Source of the DNA: Monocercomonoides exilis PA203
Taxonomy: Eukaryota; Protista; Preaxostyla
Direction: 5' to 3'
DNA length: 64,000 nt
Assembly: GCA_001643675.2 (NCBI GenBank)
Contig: LSRY02000011.1
Location: 1,612,001 to 1,676,000, forward strand
Shown here: in pieces, positions 41,601 to 52,759 of the stretch
Position numbering within the stretch: the stretch's first letter is position 1
Layout of the letters: the number at the start of each line of letters is the position of its first letter
Position numbers and translations under genes: made by a program
The notes under the pieces: model-generated
Databases searched by the model: none
What the model saw: the letters and a program-made list of their open reading frames with translations, nothing else
What the model was told of the DNA's origin: nothing

Positions 41601-43483
41601 CACATATCACAAAACGAACAATTACCACTTGTTATGTCAATAAGACATAATGAATCCACTAAAAAGTCAATAATATTTGTTTCATTCATACCCTCTCCTT
41701 TCATTGACACGTTCAAATCGTTTATTTGAATAAATGTCTCTAAATATGTTCCTGACTTTATTTCCACTTGAACTAATGCGAGTGTTGAATCAGCGACTTT
41801 CGAAAAAAAACCAATTGTCTTACAACTTCTTCCCAACTCTGACAAAGTATCTTTTGATCCACAGGCAAGATGATCAATGCCGTCACTTGAATCAACAATA
41901 ATTGGACTAAAATAAATCTGTGGAATCCAGAGACTGCAATCAGTCGAACCTTTCATCACTCTGTTTGGTCTTTGGTCAGTTAAACTTCTACAAAGAATGA
42001 AGCTGCTTTTATCAACATTGTCCCATCCACTGTGAATATAGACATCATGTCCACCTTGTGCAGCATAATTTTTTTCAAAGAAACAGAAAGATACAGTTGA
42101 TGGATTCTGTCCGCTATCAGTATCCCAAGAAATACCTCCTCCATAATTTTCGCTTTGACCTCCGCTAAAAAGACAATCTTTAATTGTGGCAGGAGATTTG
42201 TTCTGTATTCCTATTCCACAACCTCCAAAATATGATGTCGTTTTTTTTATATTATTTTGAAATAAACACGACTCAACAAATGGACTTATCTCAAGTCTTT
42301 GCAAAAAACATCCAGCTCCAATATGGCTTGTTATGCACGAGGAAAAATTTGAATTTCTGATAAATCCATTTTTCATTGGATTGCAGTAAAACCCTCCTCC
42401 AGATGCTGAAGAACTGCATTCAATGAATGAACAGTAGTCAACAGTTATGTCTGCATTTCTATTTGTTACGGCTATACCTCCTCCGCAAAAACTTTCACAC
42501 TTAATAAATGAACACTGCCTTGCAACCAAAGAGCCACCTGACGTAAAATATATAGCACCGCCATAGTCGCTTTCTGATCGAAGTTTAAAGAAACTGCAAT
42601 CTTCAAAAGATGCATTTCCCGATGGAATTGGCTCTCTTTCCATTGCATCATTTCCAGAAATGTTTAAGTTTGACGCTCTGATGCAAACAGTGAAAGTTGA
42701 GTTTTCGCAAAAAAAATCATCACATTGATTCATTAATCCTTTTACAATTCCTCCATTGAAAGGTGATTCAACTCTGTTGAAAGCGCAATTCAAAACTTCA
42801 TCAAATCTTTTGAACGAATGACCATAATTAATTAACGAATCTCTGCAATATCTTGTTAAGTTTGAAAAGAAAGTGTTTTGAACTTCAACGTTGACAAAAC
42901 TACTCGAAGAAATGAATGGATTACAAGAGCCTAATGCAATAGAATTAAATTCACAATCTTTCACAGTCACAAGACCAGAAGAAAAAGGTTCTGTTTTTTC
43001 ATTCGAAATAGAAACAATTGAATCAAATGTTTGGTCACAATGTTTTATTAGTACAGTTGAGTTGCAAAGATATATCCTTCCGTTGTCTGTGTTAAAAATG
43101 GACCTTATTCTTTTGTCTTCCAAAAAAAAACAGCATTCAAACACTTCAAAGAACGACTGTTTTTCGATGCGAGCAAAAACGGGAATATTCAAAAGTTCAA
43201 AAAACAAATTTCTTGTCGAAACTGTCGAATTTTGTAAAAAGCAGAATTCTTTCGATATTCTTAAAGTTGAAACATGGGATAACTTCATTTCTCGAAATTC
43301 GTTTTGATTGATATTTGCAACATTAGTAGTTGATTTGCTTTTCGATATTTTCTGAAAATATCCACTTTGATCTGTTGCTTGGTGAAAAGAATCCACAATT
43401 TTCGAGTTTATTCCACATTTCTTTTCCGATGGTACCAACATAAGCCAATTTATATGAATAAACAGAATTATTAGCCAAATCAT
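35666..43483 (-). CDS. 2605-aa single-pass surface protein: pectin-lyase/PMP-like beta-helix repeats, TM helix, degenerate TKL-type kinase C-lobe
   Basis: Intronless ORF with hydrophobic N-terminus, GGAI/GGGI and FxxC/FxxN repeats, TM WPIIVIVLVVILLIVLIISIIVTIRWRK, and kinase C-lobe motifs RWKAPELL, VFSIGMMLWEC, PF, RP. Confidence 0.9.
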   Translation of the reverse strand: MIWLIILFIHINWLMLVPSEKKCGINSKIVDSFHQATDQSGYFQKISKSKSTTNVANINQNEFREMKLSHVSTLRISKEFCFLQNSTVSTRNLFFELLNIPVFARIEKQSFFEVFECCFFLEDKRIRSIFNTDNGRIYLCNSTVLIKHCDQTFDSIVSISNEKTEPFSSGLVTVKDCEFNSIALGSCNPFISSSSFVNVEVQNTFFSNLTRYCRDSLINYGHSFKRFDEVLNCAFNRVESPFNGGIVKGLMNQCDDFFCENSTFTVCIRASNLNISGNDAMEREPIPSGNASFEDCSFFKLRSESDYGGAIYFTSGGSLVARQCSFIKCESFCGGGIAVTNRNADITVDYCSFIECSSSASGGGFYCNPMKNGFIRNSNFSSCITSHIGAGCFLQRLEISPFVESCLFQNNIKKTTSYFGGCGIGIQNKSPATIKDCLFSGGQSENYGGGISWDTDSGQNPSTVSFCFFEKNYAAQGGHDVYIHSGWDNVDKSSFILCRSLTDQRPNRVMKGSTDCSLWIPQIYFSPIIVDSSDGIDHLACGSKDTLSELGRSCKTIGFFSKVADSTLALVQVEIKSGTYLETFIQINDLNVSMKGEGMNETNIIDFLVDSLCLIDITSGNCSFCDMCWKRNANASNSGQLFSISEENGILQLQSCKITSSNNIVECPFSSPIMSIRTGNVTFLSVLITSITQQSCAVISLIGGATFQISFQNVEFTQITRHVGNGSVIEGHLGQDNRLDINGGCLSNCFSSNGCGGGICVCLAGDGEVVVNGACVIDGCEAVNVEGKEGRGGGLFVEMESEECLLTIGQNVEFSKVKENVASYGKDVFVSCSSGILLESKVNTNTFEFFDSTTTPSDVLRLSGSEDGKEDEVIPLFVYLCSMGSKLIVDGSGEWSLDHSRCGFEKFGCLTIDYCVSQRANINIHEIEVASVSSLKNEMKVASRDVSLSGKIKTVEKEGMRVDVSDEGSMNQNSLIECIKSLEMSNLLFVLNEDMNGRRSSFIHSSSSTITITSCSISFESGALTDGKIGYSIIDMAGGNLIVDGFVMEGPVTMNGKSPITMTNGVKLEILNSRVSEVEVTCGNGGGCLNVEIKEGGSTKIEECNLSSVCSGGNGIKGGGIMISVGNGGSMEMKNVKLSGCKVPREDVEEGGKGMGGGMFVRFPEEIGSFVIEGMEFEGCNAWKGKNVFVSGWDLIEIVNKENFKWEMSSEELGSLDELCGWERKTTGEGYVIPLVVYLWDNWSGDGFVSVEKGGDFSGCGYSVAPCSSIDHLVSLRFSTLETEESKIIIFGSGLLRNSMSFSSSSSSSSNTPVVKIEGEEKGSILRVSEMDAEGDEESMIASDVHLSFVNLSLNLPSELGKHSSLIHSESSPSSSATLSIMSCSFACEDKEKKTKYCILKACRGFITIEDCSLSQFTLVKGFLEFMPEVEAIDMVNVTITDTSISGRSLISLEEETQSNRLSERGIRNTKTMIRMNYSSFTNITSEENRVCVVCVDSFSIGVKCVMEGCVLTKCTSMRSEEGGGVKMCLKSGESDLKVSGCSFVMCECSTGFGRGGGMMIDSLDPNVEANPATVPPLGLKVENIRFVMNDAFVGKDVFINCFSITEQVNETLFVLDFSQDALKSNNSICGRDDVDKVDVDLIPLITFYYSAQVFLSVNGNDSRQCGAQSNPCQSVSCSVKHIEKNLMNVLWIDGECVIGGECQIGDMRITSMMKASATIYFKEKIEEIVNERSVAVFVNECIVEKCRFVFGETFEGNHENVLKEKNGRLEISVCWFSSIRNEQAIKNTIVSVESGELKMSESSFSGIHSVVPLLSFCSEGKVEMFEISISNIKCEGDSIVVGGKAEVEMKEMKANNISLMKGGSAMKVEGAEEDVRTVNCSFSKFTNSKEKGNMIQIREGRAVRIEACAFDGEGNGEGREKTNVKMNRKEICGWNGSLIDAENSNVEMRETIIRNSKAGGLWVSGGCLTIEKGEFENNNPFIEGYPSARRNAICTENGELNVVSVKGGDGIEKNASLWILDEGCKLGGIAAERASPFFIPVLEDVKNATQPSGELELIIHGKLLLPCDLSVKICMKNGDEEEIVRKGIDEDCYASENEIHSIISSSELEKVREETEVSMCILFGKVDSASSTESFVLKNKSEAQTSGNERVVKGEKKERSIWPIIVIVLVVILLIVLIISIIVTIRWRKQKRRTEELEIIVEDTVKKDPKLIEMMTMEMSPEERWRRAEREAEKKNDERIKKRIYERNMEHSESSEHLLSESDSTEYILGRDSDKIPEWMLEKVDDKEEEDETRKRSPSPSISSTSSTSTTDSDSTFVRGEDLCPTTSSMSNLVDAMACSVPHEKLIVDLRDSLFMLLHGRNEKKEMAIGTLQERELTGAQILFWVANGALHSFDEMENPLSSLANLSPHIVLFSEHMVITIAMHSDCSSDSDSDSSSISSSTVATSASDDDRDSLPSSAFEDEDDNRKECMRWKAPELLMNNKMGATKKTTVFSIGMMLWECLTLKVPFGEYEAEMAGWMIKERGLPNMGVVENSQLRDAVCSMLQFDAENRPRLRDLKREFIRYCPASMATFTVSDAIGLEDSGRCGSGNESVGGSEITERK

Positions 43484-44178
43484 ATGACTTTCTAAACAAA
43501 AAATAAATATTAGTAAGGGAACCGAATAGAAAAATACAAATAATGCTACATTCTTGATCTTTGTGATTGGTAATGTTTATTTGAGTCTGGCATAAAAAAC
43601 CTCAAATTAAACATATTTTTAACAAACATAACAAATGAGTTCATTTTCCTTTGCTTTTCCATCGTGTTGCGACTTCATTCAAATAAATATATTTATTTCA
43701 AAAGAGATTGAAACAACGGAAGATTAATTAAAGAGCAGAAGAAAATCTTCAATATTGATTATAAACACTATCATTGCTGAAAAACGAGTTATCTTAAGAA
43801 AAAAAGACTTTTTTGATTTGTTTTCTTTTTTCAATCATGTTTTCCGAAAACAAAGAAAACATCTCCGCATTCTTTCATCAATGTAAAACACTGTCTTCTG
43901 TTGATGTGTTGCAAATAGCGAGCATAAATCTACATGAATAAGAAGAGAAAGAATTGATTGATCAATTGATAACGGTTCAAAAATAAATAATTCTTTCAAT
44001 ATTCGAAAACTGAAACCAATGTCTATATATTGTTATTTTTAAATTACTTCGAAGCTTGCAAACGTAAACATTATTGAATGTTTTATGTATCAAATTGAAA
44101 GGATTTTTCAATTTCTTATATTTTGGGTTTATTTTTTAATAAAAAAACCGTTAGATCAATTTTATTTTTCTTTTCGTA

Positions 44179-45236
44179 ATGGCTGAAAATATAAAACCAT
44201 CGAAAACATCATCTCGAATCGATTGCAGATCAACTATTTGCATGAAGCCTGTTGATTTTTCTTTTTTAAATATAACTTCAGTTCACGGTTTGGTGAAAAA
44301 CTTATTTGCAATTTTTCTTAAATATTTTATAAAACACTGGTACAATTTGAATTTCATTCCGCACAAACTATCTAATCAAATATCTGTAGATCTTCCAAAG
44401 GAAGAAGCCCGCTCTGGCGATGTTATTCTTCAAAAAGTTGAAAAAAAGCCGGAAACACCTCCACCAACAACTCAAGCAACTTCAAAACTTACAATGTCCA
44501 CTCCGTTATCATTCCAAAAAAAAGCTCAAAGTTCGATGCAAATACAAGAAAAAGTATTTTCACTTTTGATAAAATTTTTGATATTTACAAATGATTTTTT
44601 TTTTTGAATAGAAGGAACCAGAAATAATTGAAATACGGAAATATCGAGCTACATCAATAAAACTGTCAAACAATAGCTTGAAAACTGCAGCCGGTTTAAA
44701 GGAAGCATTAGATGAAGTCTTAGTCCAAGGAAGTGATGAAGTTCTTGGACTTGACCTATCTTTCAATCAAATAAAGCATATCGAAAATGTTTTGCAATCT
44801 TTTATTTTATTTTCAAGCAAATATTTATAAATTTGTGCAATCTTCATAGGAACTACTGCTCTTTCCAAAGCTCCGTTCATTAAATCTTCAGTCGAATCTG
44901 ATATATGATTGGAATGATATTGCTCAATTAAGAGACATACCCAACCTTAAAACGCTTGTTTTGTTCGGAAATCCCATTGATCAATTAAAGTATTACAGAA
45001 TTCTAACAGTGGCTGCTCTTCCTCAATTGAAAACACTTGATTCAACACTAATTTCGCCCAGAGAAAGAGATCTTGCTTCAAGATGGTTTGAAATGCACAG
45101 ATTGAAGCTGAAGACAGTAATGAAGGAAAGGCTTCCGTTTGCAGAGAAAGAGCGTGTCTTTGAAGATGATGATGACGAACCTGCGCCGTCCGACAAGGGA
45201 AAAATCGGAAGCTCTGCTGTGCCAAAAAAGAAGTGA
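44179..45236 (+). CDS. Leucine-rich repeat protein, LRRC51-like (4 exons)
   Basis: PVDFSFLNI, IKLSNNSL, LDLSFNQI, FPKLRSLNLQSNLI, LKTLVLFGNPIDQLKYYR...LKTLDSTLISPRER (LRRcap). Motif order matches LRRC51. Confidence 0.75.
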
Positions 45237-45598
45237 TAAAAATATTCACAAAGCTTTATTTCTCCCAATTCAGATATTTGCAATCAATCTTTCAATTCAT
45301 CCGTTACCATTTCATAATAATTCTGTCTCATTTTCGCTTTCTCACGTTCGTTCTAACTTTAATAATTCACTTCATTTACTCAAAATGAATAATATTAGTT
45401 TATCAATCAACATGAGTATCCTTATACTTTCTGCGCATACAAAAAGCATTCAAAACCAAAAATAATTAGAAATTAAACATAAACATAAACAACATATATA
45501 AATATTGATGACATGTGAAGCAAGAGCTGCCTACCAATGAACCGTTTTGACAACTAGGCAGAACAGTTTATCATTGTTCATCGGCAGATAAAGATAAT

Positions 45599-48500
45599 TC
45601 ATCCATTTGCGTGGTTAGGGCGCAAGTAATTCCACACAGGAATCAGCCACTTCTCAACAAACTGTTTATCAAGCATAAAAATAGAATTATAAACAATATG
45701 AACATTGTGAGAAAAAATATATATATAAAAATAATTAAAAATAAAAAATTTTTTTTCTGAATTACGCTTTTTTCGAAAATTTCCACATACCTCATCATCT
45801 TCCAATCCGTATTTATTTCCGCTTTGCTTCCAATTTTCTTCCCTTTTCCGAATGCGCGCCATGACCGCCTCGTCGAATTCGAAGTCCGCAGTGCCAGTGT
45901 ATCTCTCATTTATCACGTCGTCATCGTCTGGAAAGACCACATCGTCGTCTTCCACAGGAACGATCCACTTGCCAGCGATTGGGTCGAACACGGGGCGGTT
46001 GGGGGGGTTGTCGTGGCCGTCCTCAGAGTCGGTGTCTGGATTCGAGGCAAAGGCAGAAGACTCAGTGGACGAAGCGGGCGACGTGAGAGAAGACGTTGAT
46101 TCGTTGTGCTCATCTTTGCTGCCGTCTTCCCACTCAGCCTCATCTTCCTCTGCCAAATGCGGAGGGATCTCTCCAAAGTGCTGACTCCAGCTGTTCATCA
46201 GCATCGCCTCTGCTTTCTCTTTCTCTCTCCTCCGACGAATGGCAGCAAAGTCAATCTCCACACCTGCAAACATGTCATCGTCGTCATCGTCGTCTTCTTC
46301 ATCATCGAAGTTGTGCTCTTCTTCTTCTTCTTCTTCGACTTCTTCTGCTTCAAAATCATCATCGAACCCTTCCTCTGCAGACTCATTCATCGATTCATCA
46401 GACGAAGTTGCATTAGCATCACTTGCTTCTTCTGTTCTATTCCCATCATTCGCAGATGAAGTGGGAGCAGCCGAGATAGCAGAAACAGAAGCAGCAGAAG
46501 TGGAAGCAGAAGAAGTGGAAGAACCAATTTTGACACTATTCTTTCTTCTGAGCAGCGTATCCCCATTTCTTGCGGTGTCTGCCCCGCTTCCTGAACGAGG
46601 AGAGCATTCTTCGAGACTTCTGTTCGGACGAAGCGTCTCGTTCCCGTTCTGATTCCTCCGCAGCGTCTTCGCCCGCCTCATCGTCCCTGCGCGCTGTGTG
46701 TTGTATGTGCGCGCTGTTTCGCTGCCCGTGGTGCTTCTGTCCTTCTCCTGCCACGAACGCAGCGTATTCAGAATGACCTGCTTCGGCTGGTAGGACAGCG
46801 GGGCCTGCGGAAACAGCTCGCTCATATTGACATTCGGAATGAGGGAGTCTGGCGAGGAGACAGACGCAATCGACGCCACAGAATTTCTCCGCTCGGAGCC
46901 AAAAGGCGAGGCGAAGGAGGCAGGCTGTGCGGAGTGCAGGGTGGAAGTCTCCAGGCTATCTGCAGTCAGGTCAGAGGAGAGCTGGGAATCAGGCGAGGCA
47001 GAGAGAGATGCCAAGGAGATGGTTGTTCGTCGTGCCTGTGTGTTGTGCCAGGCGAGGTTGTGTCTGGAGGAAGGCGAAGGGCGCATCGTGCGGGGTGACA
47101 TGGGAGAAGGCACATCGCGTGGAGAGAGAAGAGAGGAGATGTTGGCGAGGTTGGAAGAGGACTGGGAAGAGCGCTGGGCAAATGGGCTGTCTGACTCAAA
47201 TGGAGACATCTGCGATTGAAGAGCACCAATCGAAGTGAATGGAGGAGATGCATGCGGATTCACCCTATTGGCTTCCTCTTCTTCCAATTTGTGTGAAAGA
47301 GAAGTATCGATATTTGCTCTTGAGCTGCTGTCATGTTCTCCATTACCATCTGAATACTCCTGCTCCTCATTGCCTGCCCTGTCGCTTCTGTCACTCTCAG
47401 CACTTTCTGTTTCATTCCCCAAAAGCATCGCTTTCAGCCTTCCCTTTGACGCAGCCGATGAACTTGCCTTCAGCGTCGCTGCTTTCCTCTCAAATGGATC
47501 AAATAGACTGCTTGAATGAGTGCCATTCCCACTCATATGCCCACCATCTGCTCCCCTCTTGATGGCATGCAGTGTCTTCGACTGCCTCCCAAACTCTTCG
47601 TCTGTCTGCTGGTCTGTCAGATCTGACCCACCAAACGACAGTTTCGACGCGTCGTCTCCTTCTCCCTGCTCACCTGACAAGCTCAGAATGTCTCTGTCGC
47701 TGCTGCGTGAGAAGGCAGCGCTGGAGACAGCCGAGTCGCGGCGAGCCGACAGAAACGAGGAAGAGGACGGGGTAGAAGGGCCAGAGGAGAACGAGGAAGG
47801 AGAAGGGATGGTGGAGAGCGAGGAGGCAGAGGAGGCATCGAACATGGCCCACGAGGGAGGCACATGAGACGACGGGACAGACAGCAGTGTGGTCTGGCGG
47901 CGATGGTATGGAGAGAGTGCTGCTGCAGACGCCGCAGCTGATTTGGACTCTGTCGCATTCACCAGACAGCTGTTTGCGCGTGTCAGCGTCCTCTCCCCTA
48001 TTCGAGTGTCACCTTCAATCACAATCCTCCCTCTCGACAGTGTTGACTGCATCGTCTGCATTGATTGAGAAGAGCTGTCTGACTCATCTCCACTTCCGCC
48101 ACCAAATGAAGACGGCACAGGTGTTGCTCCTTCACTTGCCAGAGGAGAACACACAGCAACTGACCCTCTTTTCAGACGCTCTGGTATCTTCAGCGGCTCA
48201 TTCGCTGGGCCGAAAAATCCGTCGTCGTCATCGTCACTCGAAAACTCGTCATCAGGGATTTCTTCAATCACTTCGCTTTCTCCATTCATTTGTTGTTGAT
48301 TCTGTTGTTGATGAGATTGCTGCATTGAAAGCACACCACCGCTCATCTTTGCATCAGCCGCACATTCGCTTTCTCTCCTCTCCTTCTTCTGCTCTTTCTC
48401 CACAAACTTCGCAAGAAACGGAAAGGATGCCAGCACATCACACGAAGTGGGCGAAATGAACGAGTCCTGTGGCTGCACACCATTCACTGACCTCCTGTCG

Positions 48501-49680
48501 CTGCTGAGTGCTCCTTCCTGTTGAACAGACAGATGCTCTCCTTCTGAAGCAGATTGCATGCTGTTCAGGATGCTCTGCCCTTGCGATGCAGACGAAGGAG
48601 ATGTCGTGAGTGGCTTAGCTGCTGTGAATTGATCCCTGCCATCTTCAAAGGCTGCATCGTATCTCCTCCTCTCCTTCGGCGTGTGGTCTCTGTCTGTGAA
48701 GGGCCCAGCCTCCATCAGCTGCATCTGCTGCTGTTGGGGCGACTGAGGAAGCACAGCGGTGTTGTGGCTGCGCTCAAGCCGCTCGTATCTTTCACTCAAA
48801 TCACCGCTGCCTCTACTGTCTCTGTCCATCCACTCCTTCCACTCTCTCCTCTCCACCCACTCCTCTTCCCCTCTCGAAGTGAGTGCCCCGCTGCCCAGTG
48901 GCCTCATCCCAGGCGTCAACGTCATCGACCGCAGGGTGTTGGAGGTGTGCTGCCTCGCAATTAGCACTTTTCCTCTCTTCCAAATCTGCCCAGCGGCAAC
49001 AGGCGCTCTCAACGTGCTGGCGCCGGAGGTGAAGGAAAGAGGAGGGCAGGCTGTGTCTGGCTTGAGGGGAGAAGGCTGAAGAGAGGAAGGAAGGGAAGGT
49101 GAGTGGATTTTGGAGTGGAAGTTAGGGGTGGATGTTTGAGGGGAGAGGAGGGTGAGTGAAGAGGTGGAGGAGGAAGGGACAAGAGATGAGCAGCAGAAAG
49201 ATGAGGAGGAAGGCGATGTGCTGATGAGAGAGGCGAATGTGGGAGGAGCAGAGGGAGAAACAGGTTGTGATTGAGAAGGAGATTGAGTCAAAGAAGAAGT
49301 GTTGGAGGAAGAAGGCGATGTGAATGGATGAGGCTTGAGTGTCTGAGGGGAGTGGTGAGTGGACTGAGGCGGCTGGGCAGTTGGGGTGGTGTTGAGGGTG
49401 AGGTGGAGAGGGAGAAGAGGAGAGGCAGTGGAGGAGAGGGAAGAAGGGCTCTTTTGGGGTGAAGGGAGCAGTTTGTATGGAGACTGAGGTGAAAGGAATG
49501 AGGAGGAGGAGGAGGAAGAAGAGGAAGAAGAAAATGGAGAAGAAAAAGGGGAAGAAGAAGGGGTATTTGTGGATGAGGTGGAAGGAAGAATTTTGCCGCC
49601 AGAACCAAATTGGATGCAGCCAGATGCAATCATGTCGGGTGTGATGAGCATTCCGGCGCTCCTTTTCGGTTTTGGCTTTG

Positions 49681-49711
<31 letters not shown>

Positions 49712-52543
49712 GGAAGTAGTAGTAGCAGTAGAAGAGGAGGAGGAAGAAGACTTTTTCTTGTTTGAAATGCTGTTTGAAAGGTTTTTGATGTTATTTGATT
49801 TGATATCAGAATCTTGTTTTGATCTTATTTTGTCTGATTCTTTTTGGCTTTTCTCTTTCTCTCTCTTCTCATCCGCCACATCGAACAAGTCATCGTCTTC
49901 TTCTTCTTCTTCATCGTCTTTTTCAATGAAACGGGATAAGCTGTTCATCATTTGTGGAGTTAAAGCACCATTTTTGTTTGTTTGAGAAATATTAACATTT
50001 CCCTCTTTCTTCTGTTGATTCTCCAAAGAAGTTGTCTGCTTTGCTGAAGAAGCATTAAATTCACTGGAATTCTTTAACCTCTCTTTTTCTTCGCTTTTTT
50101 CAAATGGATCCTTTTCATCATCATCATCATCATCATCGCTGTCATTCTCAATGAACTTTGATAAATCAATAGCTGGTACTTTATTTTGTCTATTTTGTTT
50201 TGAATCATTTGTCTTTTGCTGTTCATCTGCTTTTTTCTCACCTAAACTTTTGCTGCTGTCACTTCCATCGCCAAAGAAGGAGTCATCATCATCGTCATCG
50301 TCATCGCTGTCTTTCTCAATGAATCGAGATAAATCTGGAGTGACTGGTTGTTTTGAAGAAGAAGAAGAAAAAGAAGAAGTTGATGATGATGAAGTTGAAG
50401 TTGAAGGCAATACATTAATTGCTTCTGTTTTTCCTTTTCCTTTCCTCCCTTCTCTTCCCCCATCTCCTTCTTCTTCTCCTCCTCCTCCTTCCCCACCCAA
50501 TTCTATCTTCCTCATTCCATTCTGCTTGTTTTGACTGCCGTTCAGCTGCATCCTCTGCACCGACTGTGACATCGCTGAGCACTGCAGATTGAGCAAAGGC
50601 ACTCGATGCGACGTTAACGACGGGCTCTTCGCAGCCAGCAGCGGAGAAGACGACTTGCTGCTGTCAGATCCCTTCTCTTTCCCGCTCAGCAGTCCATTTT
50701 TCATTGGAAAAGAAGGAAATTGTGCTTTGCTTTGGGTCTTTCTGTCGCTTCTTCCGCTTCTGTCGCTTGTTGAGTCAAATGAGAAGTCGTCGTCATCATC
50801 CACATCGTCGTTATCTTCCTCTTCTTCGCTGTCCTTTTCAATAAACTTCGAAAGATCCACCTTGGCAGCTGCTTCTTGTGGAGCTTTATGTTCTTTCCCT
50901 TCAAAAGTATCAAGTTTTCCTTTTTTGGATTCAGCTGCAGAATTTTCAATTGTCTTAAAATTCAGTTTGAGCGGAGGAACAACAGGTGATTTTGATGAGG
51001 ATTTCACCGAAGTTCCTTCTTCTTCTGTGCTTTTCTTTTTCGGATTGAATGGCGGGATGACAAGTCTCCCCAGATCCACTTTGACAGACGGCTTAGGCTT
51101 CCCCTTCAGACTCTTCGGAGAAGAAAGAGAAGACAAAGAAGACGGATCTTCGGTCTGTTCTGATACTGATGCTTCTGCTGATGATGATGATGCTGTTGTT
51201 GTGGTTGTAGATGTTGATTGTGGTTGGACTGTGAAAGAGCTACCATGTTCGAGTGGGTTTAGCATAGTACGCATGAAGGGCTTTGGCGTGGTGACTTGTG
51301 AAGGGTGAAGGTTGAGACGAGGAATATTTGGATGGGCGATGGGCGAGCTCTTAGCTGAGACTGTGTTTGTGGCTTCTGTGTGAGTGCTGTCTGAAGAACA
51401 GGAGAAAGATAAACGTGATTCTGTTACTGTTGTTGTTGTTGACGATGATTCAATTTTTGGTGTTGACTCTTCTGACAAAGTTGAATGCAGAAATGGATCA
51501 GCTGAAGCAGAAGGGCTGGCATAAGCAGCTGCAAATTGAGAAGGATAAACAGCTGATGGAGTTGAAGCTTTATTTGAAGCGGATTCATCACCACTGACTT
51601 TAAATGGAGAAAGACTTCGCTGTTTTTGTTGTTCTTCAACACGGTCAATCGAATTTGTTCCTATTCTGTTTGATCTCGTGTTTTCTTTTCTCTCACCAGA
51701 AGATTGTTGCAAATGCAAAGCTTGAACAGATGGCGAAGATTCTTTGCTTGCCGGCTGTTGAGACTTTTTTGAAACGTGTGATGCACCAAAGGCAATCCGA
51801 ATTATTTTTTGCTGCGAGGGTGCTAATGGCGATGAAGAAGGTTGAGGATTTCCTTGAGGAATAAATCGATCAAATGGCGAGCTTGTCAAGGGTGATGTTG
51901 CTCGAATAGGAGGAGGAGATGGAGCACTTGGAAAATGTTCCCCGTCAGCAGAATCTCTTGTGATATGACGTATAAAACGAGTTCGAAGATCCAAAGGAAT
52001 CTCTGAATAAAATTTGAATCGATTTTACGAAATTTTCTTTCAACGATGAAAAAACAAAGCAAACCAGAAGATACTGTTGACCTTATGGAATCCATTGACA
52101 TGCAATCAACAATTGCTAGAAAAAGAGACATAACTTATCGAATAAAAAAATGATGCAACAAACTTGCTGTTATTGGTATTGAAAAAGTCTGTTTTTGAGT
52201 CCTGATACGAAGATGCGTCGTTAACTTCGAAGGCAGAAAAGCATATAGCAATATTTCAAGCGTTGTTATAGGAGCTATTGTTGGCTAAAATTTGTGTAAA
52301 AACAATGAAAAAAAATCTATATTATACCTCTTTTATTTCAATAGACCGATGACTGCAAGGAAAAACTTCAACATAAGGGGTTTCAAGTGCTCCAGGTCTC
52401 ATGGCAAGGAGTAAGGAAATGGAATACAAGCTTCCTTTCTGCAAAACTCCAAAATCAAGAGATTCCGGATATGACACCAATCCACCATCTTGAGTTTTCG
52501 GGAGGAGGCGTGAATATTTCCTCCAAGTTTCTTTTCTCTCCAT
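45599..52543 (-). CDS. ~2200-aa protein: N-terminal Ig-like (ASH/PapD-like) domain, long disordered region, Byr4/Bfa1-like C-terminal motif
   Basis: Three short 5' exons (YPESLDFGVLQKGSLYS...LRIRTQKQTFSIPITATIV) splice in frame to the 2131-aa ORF. C-terminus PVFDPIAGKWI...DFEFDEAVMARIRKREENW. Terminal intron 45662-45790. Confidence 0.7.
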
Positions 52544-52759
52544 TTTGCACTGAAGTTGAACAATGTCTTGGTTGCGGCTATTTAAACACTTGTTTAATTT
52601 TCATAAATTGTCCCTTATTAAAATTATTTGGATGAAATAAAAAGTGAATTGTTCAAAATAAAATAGTATTTGCCATAGAAAAAAATGAAACGCTCTTTTT
52701 GAATCGGAACAAGACTTTTTTCTTAATGAAACCAATATTAAAATACAGAAACTCTAAAA
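52544..52759. promoter_or_regulatory. Putative bidirectional promoter (216 bp)
   Basis: Head-to-head ATGs at 52543 (-) and 52760 (+). Confidence 0.5.
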
